Notes under the pieces: generated by a model
Told to the model about the DNA's origin: nothing
The model's database searches: none
What the model saw: the letters and a program-made list of their open reading frames with translations, nothing else
Translations under genes and position numbers: made by a program
NCBI GenBank assembly: GCA_964634895.1
Contig: CAZWJS010000004.1
Location: 1 to 48,859 of the forward strand
Origin: an uncultured archaeon
GTDB lineage: Archaea; Thermoplasmatota; Poseidoniia; MGIII; CG-Epi1
Reading direction: 5' to 3'
Length of the DNA: 48,859 nucleotides
In this document: positions 42,501 through 47,204 of the stretch, piece by piece
Layout: the number at the start of each line of letters is the position of its first letter
How positions within the stretch are numbered: the first letter of the stretch is position 1

Positions 42501-42668
42501 CCTGGTGAATCTGGTGTAGACGATTTGATGAGTAAATTAGATGAGTTGGATGATTCATCTGATGATACAAAAGAAAAGAAAGCGAAGAAGGACAAGAAAG
42601 AGAAAAAATCAGATGACGATGATGAAGCTGATATGGATGATTTATTAGGTAAATTAGACGAGTTATAG
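24513..42668 (+). CDS. Giant (6051 aa) type I membrane protein: NosD/PbH1 beta-helix, LamG and PKD-like ectodomain, TM, cytoplasmic P-loop (STAND-like) NTPase and longin/roadblock-like domain
   Basis: Uninterrupted 18.2-kb ORF. Signal peptide (...VSDNSEA|DE), repeated N.I..N...GI beta-helix coils, LamG motifs (ISAWV, WYHLV, G.IDDV), TM at 39894-39953, GEPGVGKT at 40347-40370. Start is GTG 24513 or ATG 24531. Confidence 0.92.
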   Translation: MRKKENMYKNSRFVYAGLLFLVLLFLFVLVSDNSEADEIDVDSFGGADYTSLSDAVSNANPEDTINVAARTYIDTVLIDKQLTILGANEGSGKDAGNIFGASCDSGNLVTRYKLDETSGSDASDEISCDDLDGDVSGASWETGVWGNGLDFDGSDYVKVDYGSAFDDITTAISISAWVNLDDNETTQTIVSNYNQQSDTDRDGFRFLITHQGYPEFVFGMGSSSGSCDAAVALSENTWYHLVVTYGEDSSDPITFYINSEKASETCGYSTEISPSSADLIIGATDENDDDSYETYFDGTIDDVMIWNSILSSSTIEALHWSGDGSYYPIIDADEGDYSFKVTADDVLIRKFEVYDAGDDNTDAGIFVDGADDVTIVKIISKSNRVGISVADSDDVKIHTVTINCDSHDRGLKITSSDNIEVAWGSYDCATVEGIYSENSKNGIYHNFTLDDNEVGIHFFSSTNVPNAHSSNQINSVNIADSDSSGIKFNGADNNILYDVTLDDNKYGISFGWNADDNILNDVDFVNSEDYDIYHFGCGVSDNENPDNTGKRYFCGGWDNVLIDTTFGEDLLSINASSRLLVKELLETEATGNETYAWNRVNTTIDDDRRTSSGTNSFWIGYSGNDKYADNWNENFSMNTDVSLPSGGVEENRILEIKTWYETEDTFDGGRVYISKDSGTTWNLLTPIGGYDSNLQATCDFDGGAFNGDDEDAWQTKKFNLSGYRGEDIRIKFNFCSDGSQTEEGWYIDDVKIFKESDSSNVLYFDDFERAGHKWLFAGDWTTSNAPSYYGVNGVDVLVTDETRGESLLNITYNSNLKNHWKFDESSDCVTCYTYDSITNYNARLYGATFTSGKFGNAISFDGDNDYVQSNNDMHSGRYTQLTISAWVKFDSFPSSGNYESLVNPRYDGDAFLQVDSDGKPIFGGYFYNPNGEQRVVGTTTMITGVWYHLVGTWSEYSDKMHIYVNGTLEKEKSMSSNNLYLRTSYYNYFGRDYNGNYMDGTLDQVSLWAVVLTSAEIQTLYNSPNGGDHIYATPYFGGSDSKTNNQGKIQDLYFTTKFYSNLDNDGDYEETSVDSYGGLKFGSLLKKPSTTNIISNKLEVRLPPENIFNRNSNNLFRFIQDAVDGAADSDVLEVWPGTYKENIEIDKRLTILGSGASNTILDGRYLGSVIKLKGNADYTIIKNLTVKRSGNNTHTCNTGSQHAGIDAYQAYNLKIHHVNFKDNEYGFNGCYVDYVEILYSYIDAAARRGSAQAGIFTQSADYGNYRYNEIINHSRGIQINSNSHYSKIFNNKIHNNTSTGITGSSLSDGEYYNNVIIYNNGDGIYSSYAYRSKFVNNTLFDNNGDGIDLQYGYSVRITGNTIKESTSYGLHLYRFSASTSSLKSVIENNIFTKNNYGVYSNGYYSTSYSKYLEFYNNTFNTSGTYGLYCYYYCYDIIVENNTFIGGDDTVYGLYLQKSYYGIIGNNTFHNDHTSKDIYMYQCGSSSTTYNKFFNNNFSTILVSSSCDVQVYDNLNVKTVETDSDPFSGVHIMLNDTSSTFYKTSHWEGGTDSVTDTDGFISSGTLLKSGSYLSSSTFTNNTITCSYAYGVRAKTFTFNFSGDTLKTIEVPDNFRIGVVENENTDVLYTTITSAINEASTNDVLKVWNWTFNEAVVVNKGVTLVGNSTTSSIINGTTEDYSIEIKSNGVTIKNLRLEGSTDSVIYAGNYHSLNISDVFIVETNSDVGLTFVGTESSTITDVTVNNTDRKSVVIENGDGLTFKNSNFKNSSSSHGFEIEDSDEITLDNIFIHNPGYSGSSSYGITISSSSTITIKNSSKIADSKSYTLYVDDVSTLVVQDSIFVGKELARIDESNNFLIENSKFKGNSQGDNSIFIKETDGGTFRNNVITNPSSDADSPENGAIFLSDSDSNLIKNNTVTNSGRSGIHLKAGSLNNQIIENDVTGSYTFGLLVQGSDGTIIRNNTFSSSNIHGIKIASSDDVVVDNNTLNTNTKDGLYLSSSDDAIVKYNSISENEVGIYVTASDDSLFLFNDIDDNSNYGAQFQESKNIRFKLNTIKNTDSDALFLSMNSDNAFIDNNTIKNNGVTTSGRSIRLSEVDDSVIYNNTIKSNTYNGIFLVSSSTNKIIQNTIDDSGAYGIQINNDASVSDNNTIKDNLIKSSDDSGISSQGMFTKIINNTIKFNVEDGIYLDSSAARSIISSNIVEDNEDNALHILSNNVLITKNEIDGDTSNVAVYVSNANNVNITHNVIEGGSQGIKIVTGLNSYIFNNTIESNSDYGLYLLTNSSSSIVLNNTLQENGDYALYVQSSDSVKVIGNTLKDNDDYAMVLADSKLINLKTNTIADNSGGVKYNNCDYCNITSTEITDNSIRGLWLLGGSDNNFFANVEVSENGKDLYFQSSTGNKGFNFSFSTVTFDSSSVLVLTSNLNIAFQSSNGSAFEGVEFELLSGDVQYYATPFYGGTDSVSDSNGEVSETFALDYKIYNGSSTSEDIPNNLTYHYGVRSKSKSLDMSSSHTETITVNASWIYGYVLNINTDKNWTKIQDAIDNSSSGDTIHIWAWTYSENVEVDESITIIGNGTRNTTINASSNGKGFDITSDDVTIKNIEVISCGSTEGHNGIQIGGEDAIIEHIKVSRCFNGISVEGSGVWIANSTFTSNYDFGINVYQGSSSSDAVKVYNNVISWNTKGGVRSVEDDTVIKSNLIHNNSGGSGIYFEDADDSVIENNTIIDNLFNIKYFNNAVRVLIKNNVISGSDNQGIYVGSNANYGVIEGNTITDSGSVGIFVQSSDYYYLGNNTVSGSGNYDIKFDKASIGNSAKNTTFSTILVHPNAYFAIYNDLSLTLVDTSDVGFEGADIKVVNDDDVLYSTNHYGGTDNKTDSNGKITKNFTLIFEIYDGSSTPETIPTNISTRYLDWDVTSSLEPSASLKIIVPDFRVQNSRTGVLTYHIQTSIDDAQSGDTLYAWAGNYYENIEVDKILTIQGNGSATVIDGTFTEDTIEITSGSVVIKNLVVVSGSNDENEAGISVIESNNVIISNIKFINNTISVYVEDSEDLVVNQSTFDVLDYGVYAKGTSTRLVVEDNAFRNGTSGNACIYQLSSDGNGNALISDNSFDDCHTAWKSGSNDNTFRDNTLNDNTNGIQLNGEEAKNNLVDSNTISDSASYGLRIYASAEDNNIFNTIIQDSSISDIKLSDSDDTVLVNTTFSDLSVSSDANMWIKVYLDFGVYDNSSNSFEGADVKIMEDASTLYSTDGFGGSDPKTDGNGSIGIFLVATKHYDGSSTPENVTTNITVEYVDWISTETYDVTDSISVSIDDFRVQNQNTGVMYYSISGAISAVTSYDATIHVWPGTYREKITINKQITLVGNSTANTILNGSAVLGDFVTISSENVILKNLSFVSAQTAIDINSDNCEVQNVYVANNNVTGIYTGASFIKIIDSEFKNNGQRGIELQGASEISVINNTFVGTSSRGINIYQSDDVVIRNNLISSDGIGIISTDSNDIEIFNNKLHNNSNDGLIFDGDSSNSEAYNNSIEYNEGYGISVSGADSLLIRDNVVKSNTKGFRIIAADDIVFLSNTFISNDDGLSELLPWGGTSGHNRLENNIFDDTGLVIEASNQTLIGNTFQNSPGYGIKLNSEYCDNNVFYHNVITNSNDEDIFVGGSGNQTNNVGYNNTFSTIEVESNGEFIILDYVNVKTVNASGDMPDIDVHSYYRTSSYYQTSYFGGSDDLTNETGEVPMFIAPIVYYGGSSTADNVLLPVEVRYVDFVETFFLDYADGDSITIDIPDLRVKNVDTDEMSYHIQTAIDNANVDDRIYVMQGIYHENVLLNKKLILASCLPEDYGSCYRDGTVLIDAKQSGSGIKITANGAKVRGLSVTNSSGWPEAGIRVVADAIEIWGSGIFNCPIGILYQDATLTGLLTTYIFGVDIGIWLTSSSYNDLQTTHIYDTNVTDIWFDSYGYSSSEGSENNTLQRMQISKINFTNSPNNRIIWPENENYYQLDKVTLVNSENIVSVGYDDPADIEIDSDSSYFVKNQVNIHVMQNETALSDVDVKFWNDTEIFYATSLYGGSDSKTVAGTMLSSVEFAFKEYIGSSVGTDNSIKIEITHIDFVNKTTLSGSDGYPEFCYQCTIYADFDIPIFRVYNENSGNGYYYLQSAIDSANSGDKLLVYSGAYHENIVVDKSLTIEGQGVVAPIVIGDIDNPGFGSPPLVEEDGVGIEITADNVEISNIRISNFSTGINISAGNAFIHNVEISDISTNAIVVHTAGAESIISGSQFSNNGLNNNEASIWFRNSDSVQIRDNIFTGPRGIFVEGSNNKIINNSFTNINNDAVSIRSGDNNIYDSNQFENTDIAYYYDSSGINNLVVNNSYFVNTRLDLYVHAIGLDNNFINNQFTNIDNPNDVFFELSNVINLQMKTVNGPANNVQLEILEGESSIYATPYYSGSSPKTDGDGRIAPIIVVYERCEFLCTNIDSKVNYYYDSVEYNVSLDTSSSHDEVIWVNVRPEAIIDSFIALGDLTTTTGIEAVKGADINITDSYTVAYWPFDEGQGSDVYDEVSSQSGKIRPTSIWNAGNSNLSSDYSLGFEGTYTNLELVSFQLTEFTGEMWFKTTDTKTMTLFSDKKLAANGWGYHFYISGEEQTLNFDFTTNGGNVQSLTSSKAVNDGNWHFGAIVRSSDKIQLWLDNDLVAETSWSGVVDFTDEPLTVGQTPAGSESFKGSIDDFRISNIARHNEDLMNGGGIVELISTSYDIDGTISEHIWVSLIDGELGRGQTLYYPVDNLTQGTHTIQLTVVDNNGTTSNPVSSVLLVMERPVSVVDSVKINGESIWSGWGPIQVNSGDSLSLVGGSIGEQTITEFHWESDQDGVLCIGNSIQCSTFTTNTLSNGTHQLSLKVKGGNGLWSSDYILTFDVNGRPVIGTPEVTDDSIARMRSAAFSVRIDDDSTEPENLEYTVGYRIKGSEAEWGTDYIDDVLYNSDTEELEFTFNPDEFAPTGEYEFYIEAKDEEDATLVVGETNYYVIGQTVSVKNNEPVIEKQNVPLEFKQGSPISLDVSTSDEDGVVSTVIWYADDVEIGTGANFSFEENNLAPGNHTIKVRVLDNDGGYSEQTFEVFVTEAEVEESTVSAILTDFSNNLPLFALLAFGLIMVVGTVLLRRNRSASGVAEGPTVDDGTKDTFVAPPGEILDWDIPTDAQGNALIIGEYMAKRRESYLTHPNNEEVVDYLHNNRERFAISSYFDVPGDPTVVVNDWALPENLRGNVHLDSFRQQIVERITNSTPDKNFVIIGEPGVGKTVMLFEVFDRLMNKAPVGILSTDTIAKAHEMFGVRVFYDDIPENQKLVDALTENDIQGVIVSSREADWKALPTEMQAKFDRLTVPLFSELDMKAMIKKMMTFQSIGYNDDSVDILAEYAEGSPIYVWSMVREMMHRSVKTLTKEYIQENSVKGMINYVAQLLQRLLKDGEEYRKGGLHALASLIFLSDHMEERYCNDYFFDAYVEVLSKHTEEKLDDKMNPKTLNLVLAYLPINESVIRFPHDTWPDVLQGWGDMNPFSTELRMINRAFADSGTFQDLKKEVVADVWNSTYERYKRTPSRQKNSFLALADTLFQNFTIDELKELGVDIDVVRQVASTYSHIPQAAKLISKIQAVLPQTVTRIINMQDISSEQSHAPYKIQEMYLIYNDGRMITSLMDEEAKVDSDIMSSMLTAINDFVKDSFQTTGNLGSIDYGENQIILERGKYTILASVVYGEANRDLRSRMSRSLTKIEETFGSNLKSWNGDVDSLSGTTEYLQPIMDISKSVTKDMIDELQALKSINLRSSWTQVAGYVQVNLLINNYSKKQIKGAKLTLEYGTDFLKLVKTEPEFKYKVTEVDIKKVPGNDEMPVTLYFEPLKSAQASLNVHLDYEAKGGNASGVSSAVFERVNLFKEGQSLNISDLDNAQKAEIIPESAPVETVGDGVEVLESGVEVMDTEIEDAPSFETAEEPKEEEPKKEEPKEKEPEEPAIDPGESGVDDLMSKLDELDDSSDDTKEKKAKKDKKEKKSDDDDEADMDDLLGKLDEL

Positions 42669-42670
42669 AT

Positions 42671-42746
42671 TGGTGCGGGTGCCGGGATTTGAACCCGGGT
42701 TCCAAACTTGGCAAGCTTGAGTGATACCAGGCTACACCACACCCGC
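42671..42746 (-). tRNA. tRNA-Gly(GCC), intronless, CCA encoded
   Basis: The reverse complement reads GCGGGTG...CAAGC-TTGCCAA-GTTTG...CCGGG-TTCAAAT-CCCGG-CACCCGC-ACCA. Confidence 0.97.
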
Positions 42747-42769
42747 GTGTTTCGGTCCAGAATAATGGG

Positions 42770-42786
42770 TTAATAAAGCCTTTAAT
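42770..42786. promoter_or_regulatory. Back-to-back TATA boxes for tRNA-Gly (minus) and the presenilin operon (plus)
   Basis: Minus-strand TTTATTAA is 24-31 nt from the tRNA start. Plus-strand TTTAAT is 22-27 nt from ATG 42808. Confidence 0.5.
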
Positions 42787-42807
42787 GACCGCTGAAGTGA
42801 GCATCTA

Positions 42808-43734
42808 ATGTCAGATAGCGCGGAACCTGAACAAAGCCTTTCTGAAGCATGGCAAGAGAACAGTTTTCCTATCATAGCTTTAGCTCTTTGTTTTGTTATT
42901 TCTCACGTGGTAGCTATGTTTCTTGTTCCATCTTATGAAGAAGCTGATGTTCAAGCTTTTGAGGATCCAGATAATCCAGTTAACTCTTTATTTTATATAG
43001 CAATAATTTTAGTCTTTACTGCATTTGTCTTGTGGATTGCTAAACAGGGTCTTGACTACATTTTACAGTGGATTTTTCTTTCGGCGATAGGCGTTACTTT
43101 CATTTATGTTTTCTATCCTTTTTTCCATAGTTATGGTATAACTGGTACAGCAGGATATCTGGGTGCCACAGGTCTTGCTATTCAGCTAACTTTTCTGTTG
43201 TTAACATATCCTGAATGGTATGTGATTAATATTTCTGGAGTTATTTTGGCAGCAGGAGTAGCAGCTATTTTTGGTATTTCCTTTGGTCTTTTACCAGCTC
43301 TACTTCTTTTGGTTGGTCTTGCTGTTTATGATGCATGGGCAGTCTATCAAACCGGCCATATGGTTGATTTGGCAGATTCAGTTATGGATCTTAAGCTACC
43401 AATCTTGTTAGTTATGCCTAAGACAAAGGATTATTCTTTCTTAGAACAAGGTAGCTTGAATAAACAAATAGAATCAGGAGAGAAAAGAGGAGCTTTGTTT
43501 ATGGGCTTAGGAGATTTGGTTATTCCTGGAGCCTTAGTAGTTTCATCTAAAGCTGCTCTAGGTTGGGGAGTTGGTTTAGCATCGATGCTAGGAAGTGTGG
43601 CAGGTTTCTTTGTATTAATGTCATTTGTTCTTAGTGGGCGTCCTCAAGCTGGCTTACCATTATTGAATGGTGGAGCTATTCTAGGTTATTTGATTGGAGT
43701 CTTCTTATTTAATTCTGGCAATTTAGGGTTATGA
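42808..43734 (+). CDS. Presenilin/signal-peptide-peptidase family (A22, GxGD) intramembrane aspartyl protease
   Basis: About 9 TMs. Catalytic AVYDAWAV and MGLGDLVIP, plus PQAGLPLLN (PAL-equivalent), as in archaeal presenilin homologues. Confidence 0.93.
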   Translation: MSDSAEPEQSLSEAWQENSFPIIALALCFVISHVVAMFLVPSYEEADVQAFEDPDNPVNSLFYIAIILVFTAFVLWIAKQGLDYILQWIFLSAIGVTFIYVFYPFFHSYGITGTAGYLGATGLAIQLTFLLLTYPEWYVINISGVILAAGVAAIFGISFGLLPALLLLVGLAVYDAWAVYQTGHMVDLADSVMDLKLPILLVMPKTKDYSFLEQGSLNKQIESGEKRGALFMGLGDLVIPGALVVSSKAALGWGVGLASMLGSVAGFFVLMSFVLSGRPQAGLPLLNGGAILGYLIGVFLFNSGNLGL

Positions 43735-44474
43735 ATTTAGTTCCGGTTCACGGCTCGCCTTCTCTTTTTTTTAAGGAGGAATCAGCACTAATAATTTCAG
43801 ATTTACACTACGGAGTTGAGGCAGAGATGTTGAGAGGTGGAGTCTGGGTTCCTAATCGTTCAACTTCTAGAACAGAAAAAATCTTGAAATTAATCAAGGA
43901 AAATAAAGCTAAGAAATTAATTTTGTTAGGTGATGTTAAGCATCAGGTTCCTCATAACAGTAAGCAGCAAAGAACTGATTTAGAGCAATTCTTTATGGCC
44001 ACAACTAGGATTGTTGACGTCGAAATTGTTCCCGGCAATCATGATGGCGGTTTAGCAGATATTGCTCCATCAAGTGTTAAATTTCATGAGTCTGTTGGTT
44101 GTACAATGGGAGATATTGGATTAATTCATGGACATGCCTGGCCTTCCCAAGAAGTTATGAATTCAGAAATATTAGTGATGGGACATGAGCATCCAGCATT
44201 TTCTTTCAGGGACAGAGTAGACAAATTGCACAGTGAACCGTGTTGGCTGAGAGCACCTATGGTTGAGCATGAAAGATATGAACAAGTCCCCAATCTTTTG
44301 ATTGTGATGCCTGCCTTTGGAGAGCTAGCAGGTCGGACTATGAATCGGGAACCATTGAAAGGTTTAGGGCCGATTCTAAGGAATGGTTTAGCTGATTTGT
44401 CTAAAGCTAGAGTAGAGACATTGGAAGGTCTTGAGTTTGGAGAATTGGGCAATCTGCTTGATTTGAGACTATGA
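43731..44474 (+). CDS. Calcineurin-like metallophosphoesterase (Lhr-associated type)
   Basis: SDLHYG, LGDVKH, PGNHD, HGH, GHEHP and MPAF motifs. Confidence 0.9.
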   Translation: MNLVPVHGSPSLFFKEESALIISDLHYGVEAEMLRGGVWVPNRSTSRTEKILKLIKENKAKKLILLGDVKHQVPHNSKQQRTDLEQFFMATTRIVDVEIVPGNHDGGLADIAPSSVKFHESVGCTMGDIGLIHGHAWPSQEVMNSEILVMGHEHPAFSFRDRVDKLHSEPCWLRAPMVEHERYEQVPNLLIVMPAFGELAGRTMNREPLKGLGPILRNGLADLSKARVETLEGLEFGELGNLLDLRL

Positions 44475-47155
44475 AGATAAATTCAAAATTAATTTCAGCC
44501 TTAGTTGCCAGAGGACTTTCAGAACCAACACTGGCCCAATCTTCAGCTTGGCCAGTTATTGATTCAGAGTCTAACGTTTTGTTGATAGCACCTACTGGTG
44601 TTGGAAAAACTGAAGCTGCGATGGTTCCTTTATTTCATAGAATCTTGGAACAGGATTCTAAACCAATTACTTTTCTTTACATAACTCCTCTTCGTTCTTT
44701 GAATCGTGATATGCTTCGTCGTTTGCAAGATATTGGTGATGATATTGGAGTTAGTGTTGCAGTAAGGCATGGTGACACATCAGCTTCTGAAAGAACACGG
44801 CAATCCAAAAATCCACCGCAGATTCTGATTACAACACCTGAAACTTTGCAGATTATGCTTTCAGGAAAGAGATTACGAGAGAATTTGTCAAGTGTTCAGG
44901 CTGTAGTTGTTGATGAAGTCCATGAATTGGCATCTGGTGAGCGTGGAGCTCAGCTTAGCATTGCATTGGAGAGACTAGTTTTGTTATCAGGAGAATATCA
45001 AAGAATAGGGCTTAGCGCGACAGTTGGTACTCCAGATAAAGTAGCCTCATTTCTTGGTGGAGATAGAAAAGTTGAGATTCTCACTCCAAAATTAGAACGT
45101 AAGATGGATTTGCTGGTTCACACTCCTGAACCAGTTTCAGAGGATGATGAACTTGTCAATGAATTGTATTGGGAACCAGAAAGGGTAGCTGCTTTGAGAT
45201 ATTCAGCAGAAGCTTCTACAATGGGACCTACTCTTCTTTTTGTTAATACTAGAGATACAGCTGAATCCATAGGTGTAAGGTGGAATATGTGGGATCCAGA
45301 GGCAAGTATTCATGTTCACCATGGTTCTTTGAGTAAGGAGGTTAGAATTGAGGCTGAGGAGGATTACCGTAAAGGTGACGTGAACACCCTAATTTGTACA
45401 TCATCATTAGAATTGGGTATTGATGTTGGTAATACTGCACTTGTAATACAGTACAATTCACCGCGTGATGCATCAAGAATGAGTCAACGTCTTGGTCGCT
45501 CAGGACATAGAATAAAGGAAACTGCAATTGGCCGCATTGTATCTACAGAAGCTACACAAATTCTTGAATCTGCAGTTATCGCTCGAAGAACTTTATCTGG
45601 TGAGCTTGAGAAATCAAGAATTAGAGAAATGCCGATGGCGGTCCTTGCCAATCAAATAATATCTTGGACTGTTTGTGACAAGAATGTCGATAAACTTACG
45701 TTTCTAAATACAATAAAACGAGCTTATCCTTTCCGTAAATTCAATGAGACCGAATTAGATGACCTCCTTGAATTGTTAGATCAAGTTCATCAGAATAGGA
45801 CAATTGGCAAGTCAGTAAGGCAAGGTCCAAGAGCAATGAAATATTTCCACGGTAATTTGTCTTTAATTCCTGATCAAAGAACTTATGGTGTAAGAGATAT
45901 TACTTCAAGAAAATTGATTGGTCGATTAGATGAACGTTTTATCCTAGACTTGGCACAGGGAGATCGTATCGTATTCCGTGGGGCTGTTTGGGCAGTTGTA
46001 GAAATTGATGAGCAAGTCATGGTTTCGCCTTCTACTTCCATTGGTGAATTACCTAGATGGATTGGTGAAGACATTCCAGTGCCCTTTTCTGTGGCTCAGG
46101 AGGCCTCTTTAAGACTCTCAGAAGGCAATTGGGAAGGATTGCCTATGACTGATGAAGCAAAGGAAGTATTGGTTGGTTACCACCAAAATATTTTGGATGC
46201 AGGAGTGATGCCCTCTCCAACTTGTCTTTCGATTGAGCAACATGAACGTTTGTTTATTGTAAATTATCCTGGCGGCAGTCGTCTGAACCGAACAATTGGT
46301 ATGATTGTTTCAGCAATGTTATCTGCTAAGTGTGGTTACAAAGTGAGTCATCAATTTGATCCTTATAGAGTCATAATTGATGCTCCCGCACGTACAACAG
46401 TGAAGGATATGCTGGCCATAATGAAGGGTTTTGCTTCAGATATCGGCAGTCTTCTTCGATTTGCAATAAAAGATAGTCCGGCACTTAAGTCACAATTATT
46501 GCATTCTGCCAGAAAGATGGGTGCAATTGCTCCTGATGCAGATGTTGGTAAATTTGGGATGAGAAAATTGATTGAAGCATATTCAGACACCCCTCTCTAT
46601 ACGGAAGCAGTCGAAAGATTTCTTTTTCATCAATTAGATGAGCAAGGTATGGAAGATTTTATTGCGAATATTAATGAAGGAAAGATTTCAGTTGTTTTAT
46701 CTCCAAAAACTCCTCATGGTTTTGCAGGTCTTGATCCCTACAGAGATTACCTGAAACCACCAAAATCAGATAGTTCGGTCATTACTGCTGTAAAACGTAG
46801 ATTAATGAGAACTGATTTGTCTTTGAAGTGTTTATCATGTGATAATTCCCGTAAGAGGAAAGTGAAAATGATTACTAAACATGAATTAGTATGTCCTAAA
46901 TGTAACAGTAGAATGGTTGCTTTGTTGCATCCTATGGAGATTGACAGAGAAGTTAGTGCTAAGAAATTGACTAAGTCAGCTTCTTTGGCAAAATCACATG
47001 GAGAAAGAGCAGCTTTGGTGATAGCTGGGAGAGGAATCGGACCAGATACGGCGGGAAGAATATTGCGTAAACAGTTAGGTGATAATTCGGATTTGGTTAA
47101 GGCAATCATTGAGGCTGAGATAACTTATGCAAGAACAAGAAGATTCTGGGATTAA
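44471..47155 (+). CDS. lhr: Lhr-family SF2 DEAD/DEAH helicase with a C-terminal Cys4 motif
   Basis: APTGVGKT, RHGDT, TTPETL, DEVH, LSAT, HHGSL, SSLELGIDVG and QRLGRSGH motifs; LPRWIGE; CLSC...CPKC. Confidence 0.93.
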   Translation: MKINSKLISALVARGLSEPTLAQSSAWPVIDSESNVLLIAPTGVGKTEAAMVPLFHRILEQDSKPITFLYITPLRSLNRDMLRRLQDIGDDIGVSVAVRHGDTSASERTRQSKNPPQILITTPETLQIMLSGKRLRENLSSVQAVVVDEVHELASGERGAQLSIALERLVLLSGEYQRIGLSATVGTPDKVASFLGGDRKVEILTPKLERKMDLLVHTPEPVSEDDELVNELYWEPERVAALRYSAEASTMGPTLLFVNTRDTAESIGVRWNMWDPEASIHVHHGSLSKEVRIEAEEDYRKGDVNTLICTSSLELGIDVGNTALVIQYNSPRDASRMSQRLGRSGHRIKETAIGRIVSTEATQILESAVIARRTLSGELEKSRIREMPMAVLANQIISWTVCDKNVDKLTFLNTIKRAYPFRKFNETELDDLLELLDQVHQNRTIGKSVRQGPRAMKYFHGNLSLIPDQRTYGVRDITSRKLIGRLDERFILDLAQGDRIVFRGAVWAVVEIDEQVMVSPSTSIGELPRWIGEDIPVPFSVAQEASLRLSEGNWEGLPMTDEAKEVLVGYHQNILDAGVMPSPTCLSIEQHERLFIVNYPGGSRLNRTIGMIVSAMLSAKCGYKVSHQFDPYRVIIDAPARTTVKDMLAIMKGFASDIGSLLRFAIKDSPALKSQLLHSARKMGAIAPDADVGKFGMRKLIEAYSDTPLYTEAVERFLFHQLDEQGMEDFIANINEGKISVVLSPKTPHGFAGLDPYRDYLKPPKSDSSVITAVKRRLMRTDLSLKCLSCDNSRKRKVKMITKHELVCPKCNSRMVALLHPMEIDREVSAKKLTKSASLAKSHGERAALVIAGRGIGPDTAGRILRKQLGDNSDLVKAIIEAEITYARTRRFWD

Positions 47156-47204
47156 GGCTAATTCCAAAATGCATATTTTCTTATTCAGGTGATTATAGGA
47201 TATT

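Noticed and set aside
24420-42746. Integrated mobile element or provirus at tRNA-Gly
   Set aside because: No integrase, transposase or viral genes, and I found no duplicate of the tRNA 3' end near 24.4-24.5 kb by eye.
42302-42804. ORFs 42302-42742 and 42466-42804
   Set aside because: They run through tRNA-Gly and antisense to the giant's low-complexity tail.
11495-47155. Inteins in RFC-S, PolB or Lhr; introns in the tRNAs
   Set aside because: Protein lengths are normal with contiguous motifs, and both tRNAs fold without insertions.
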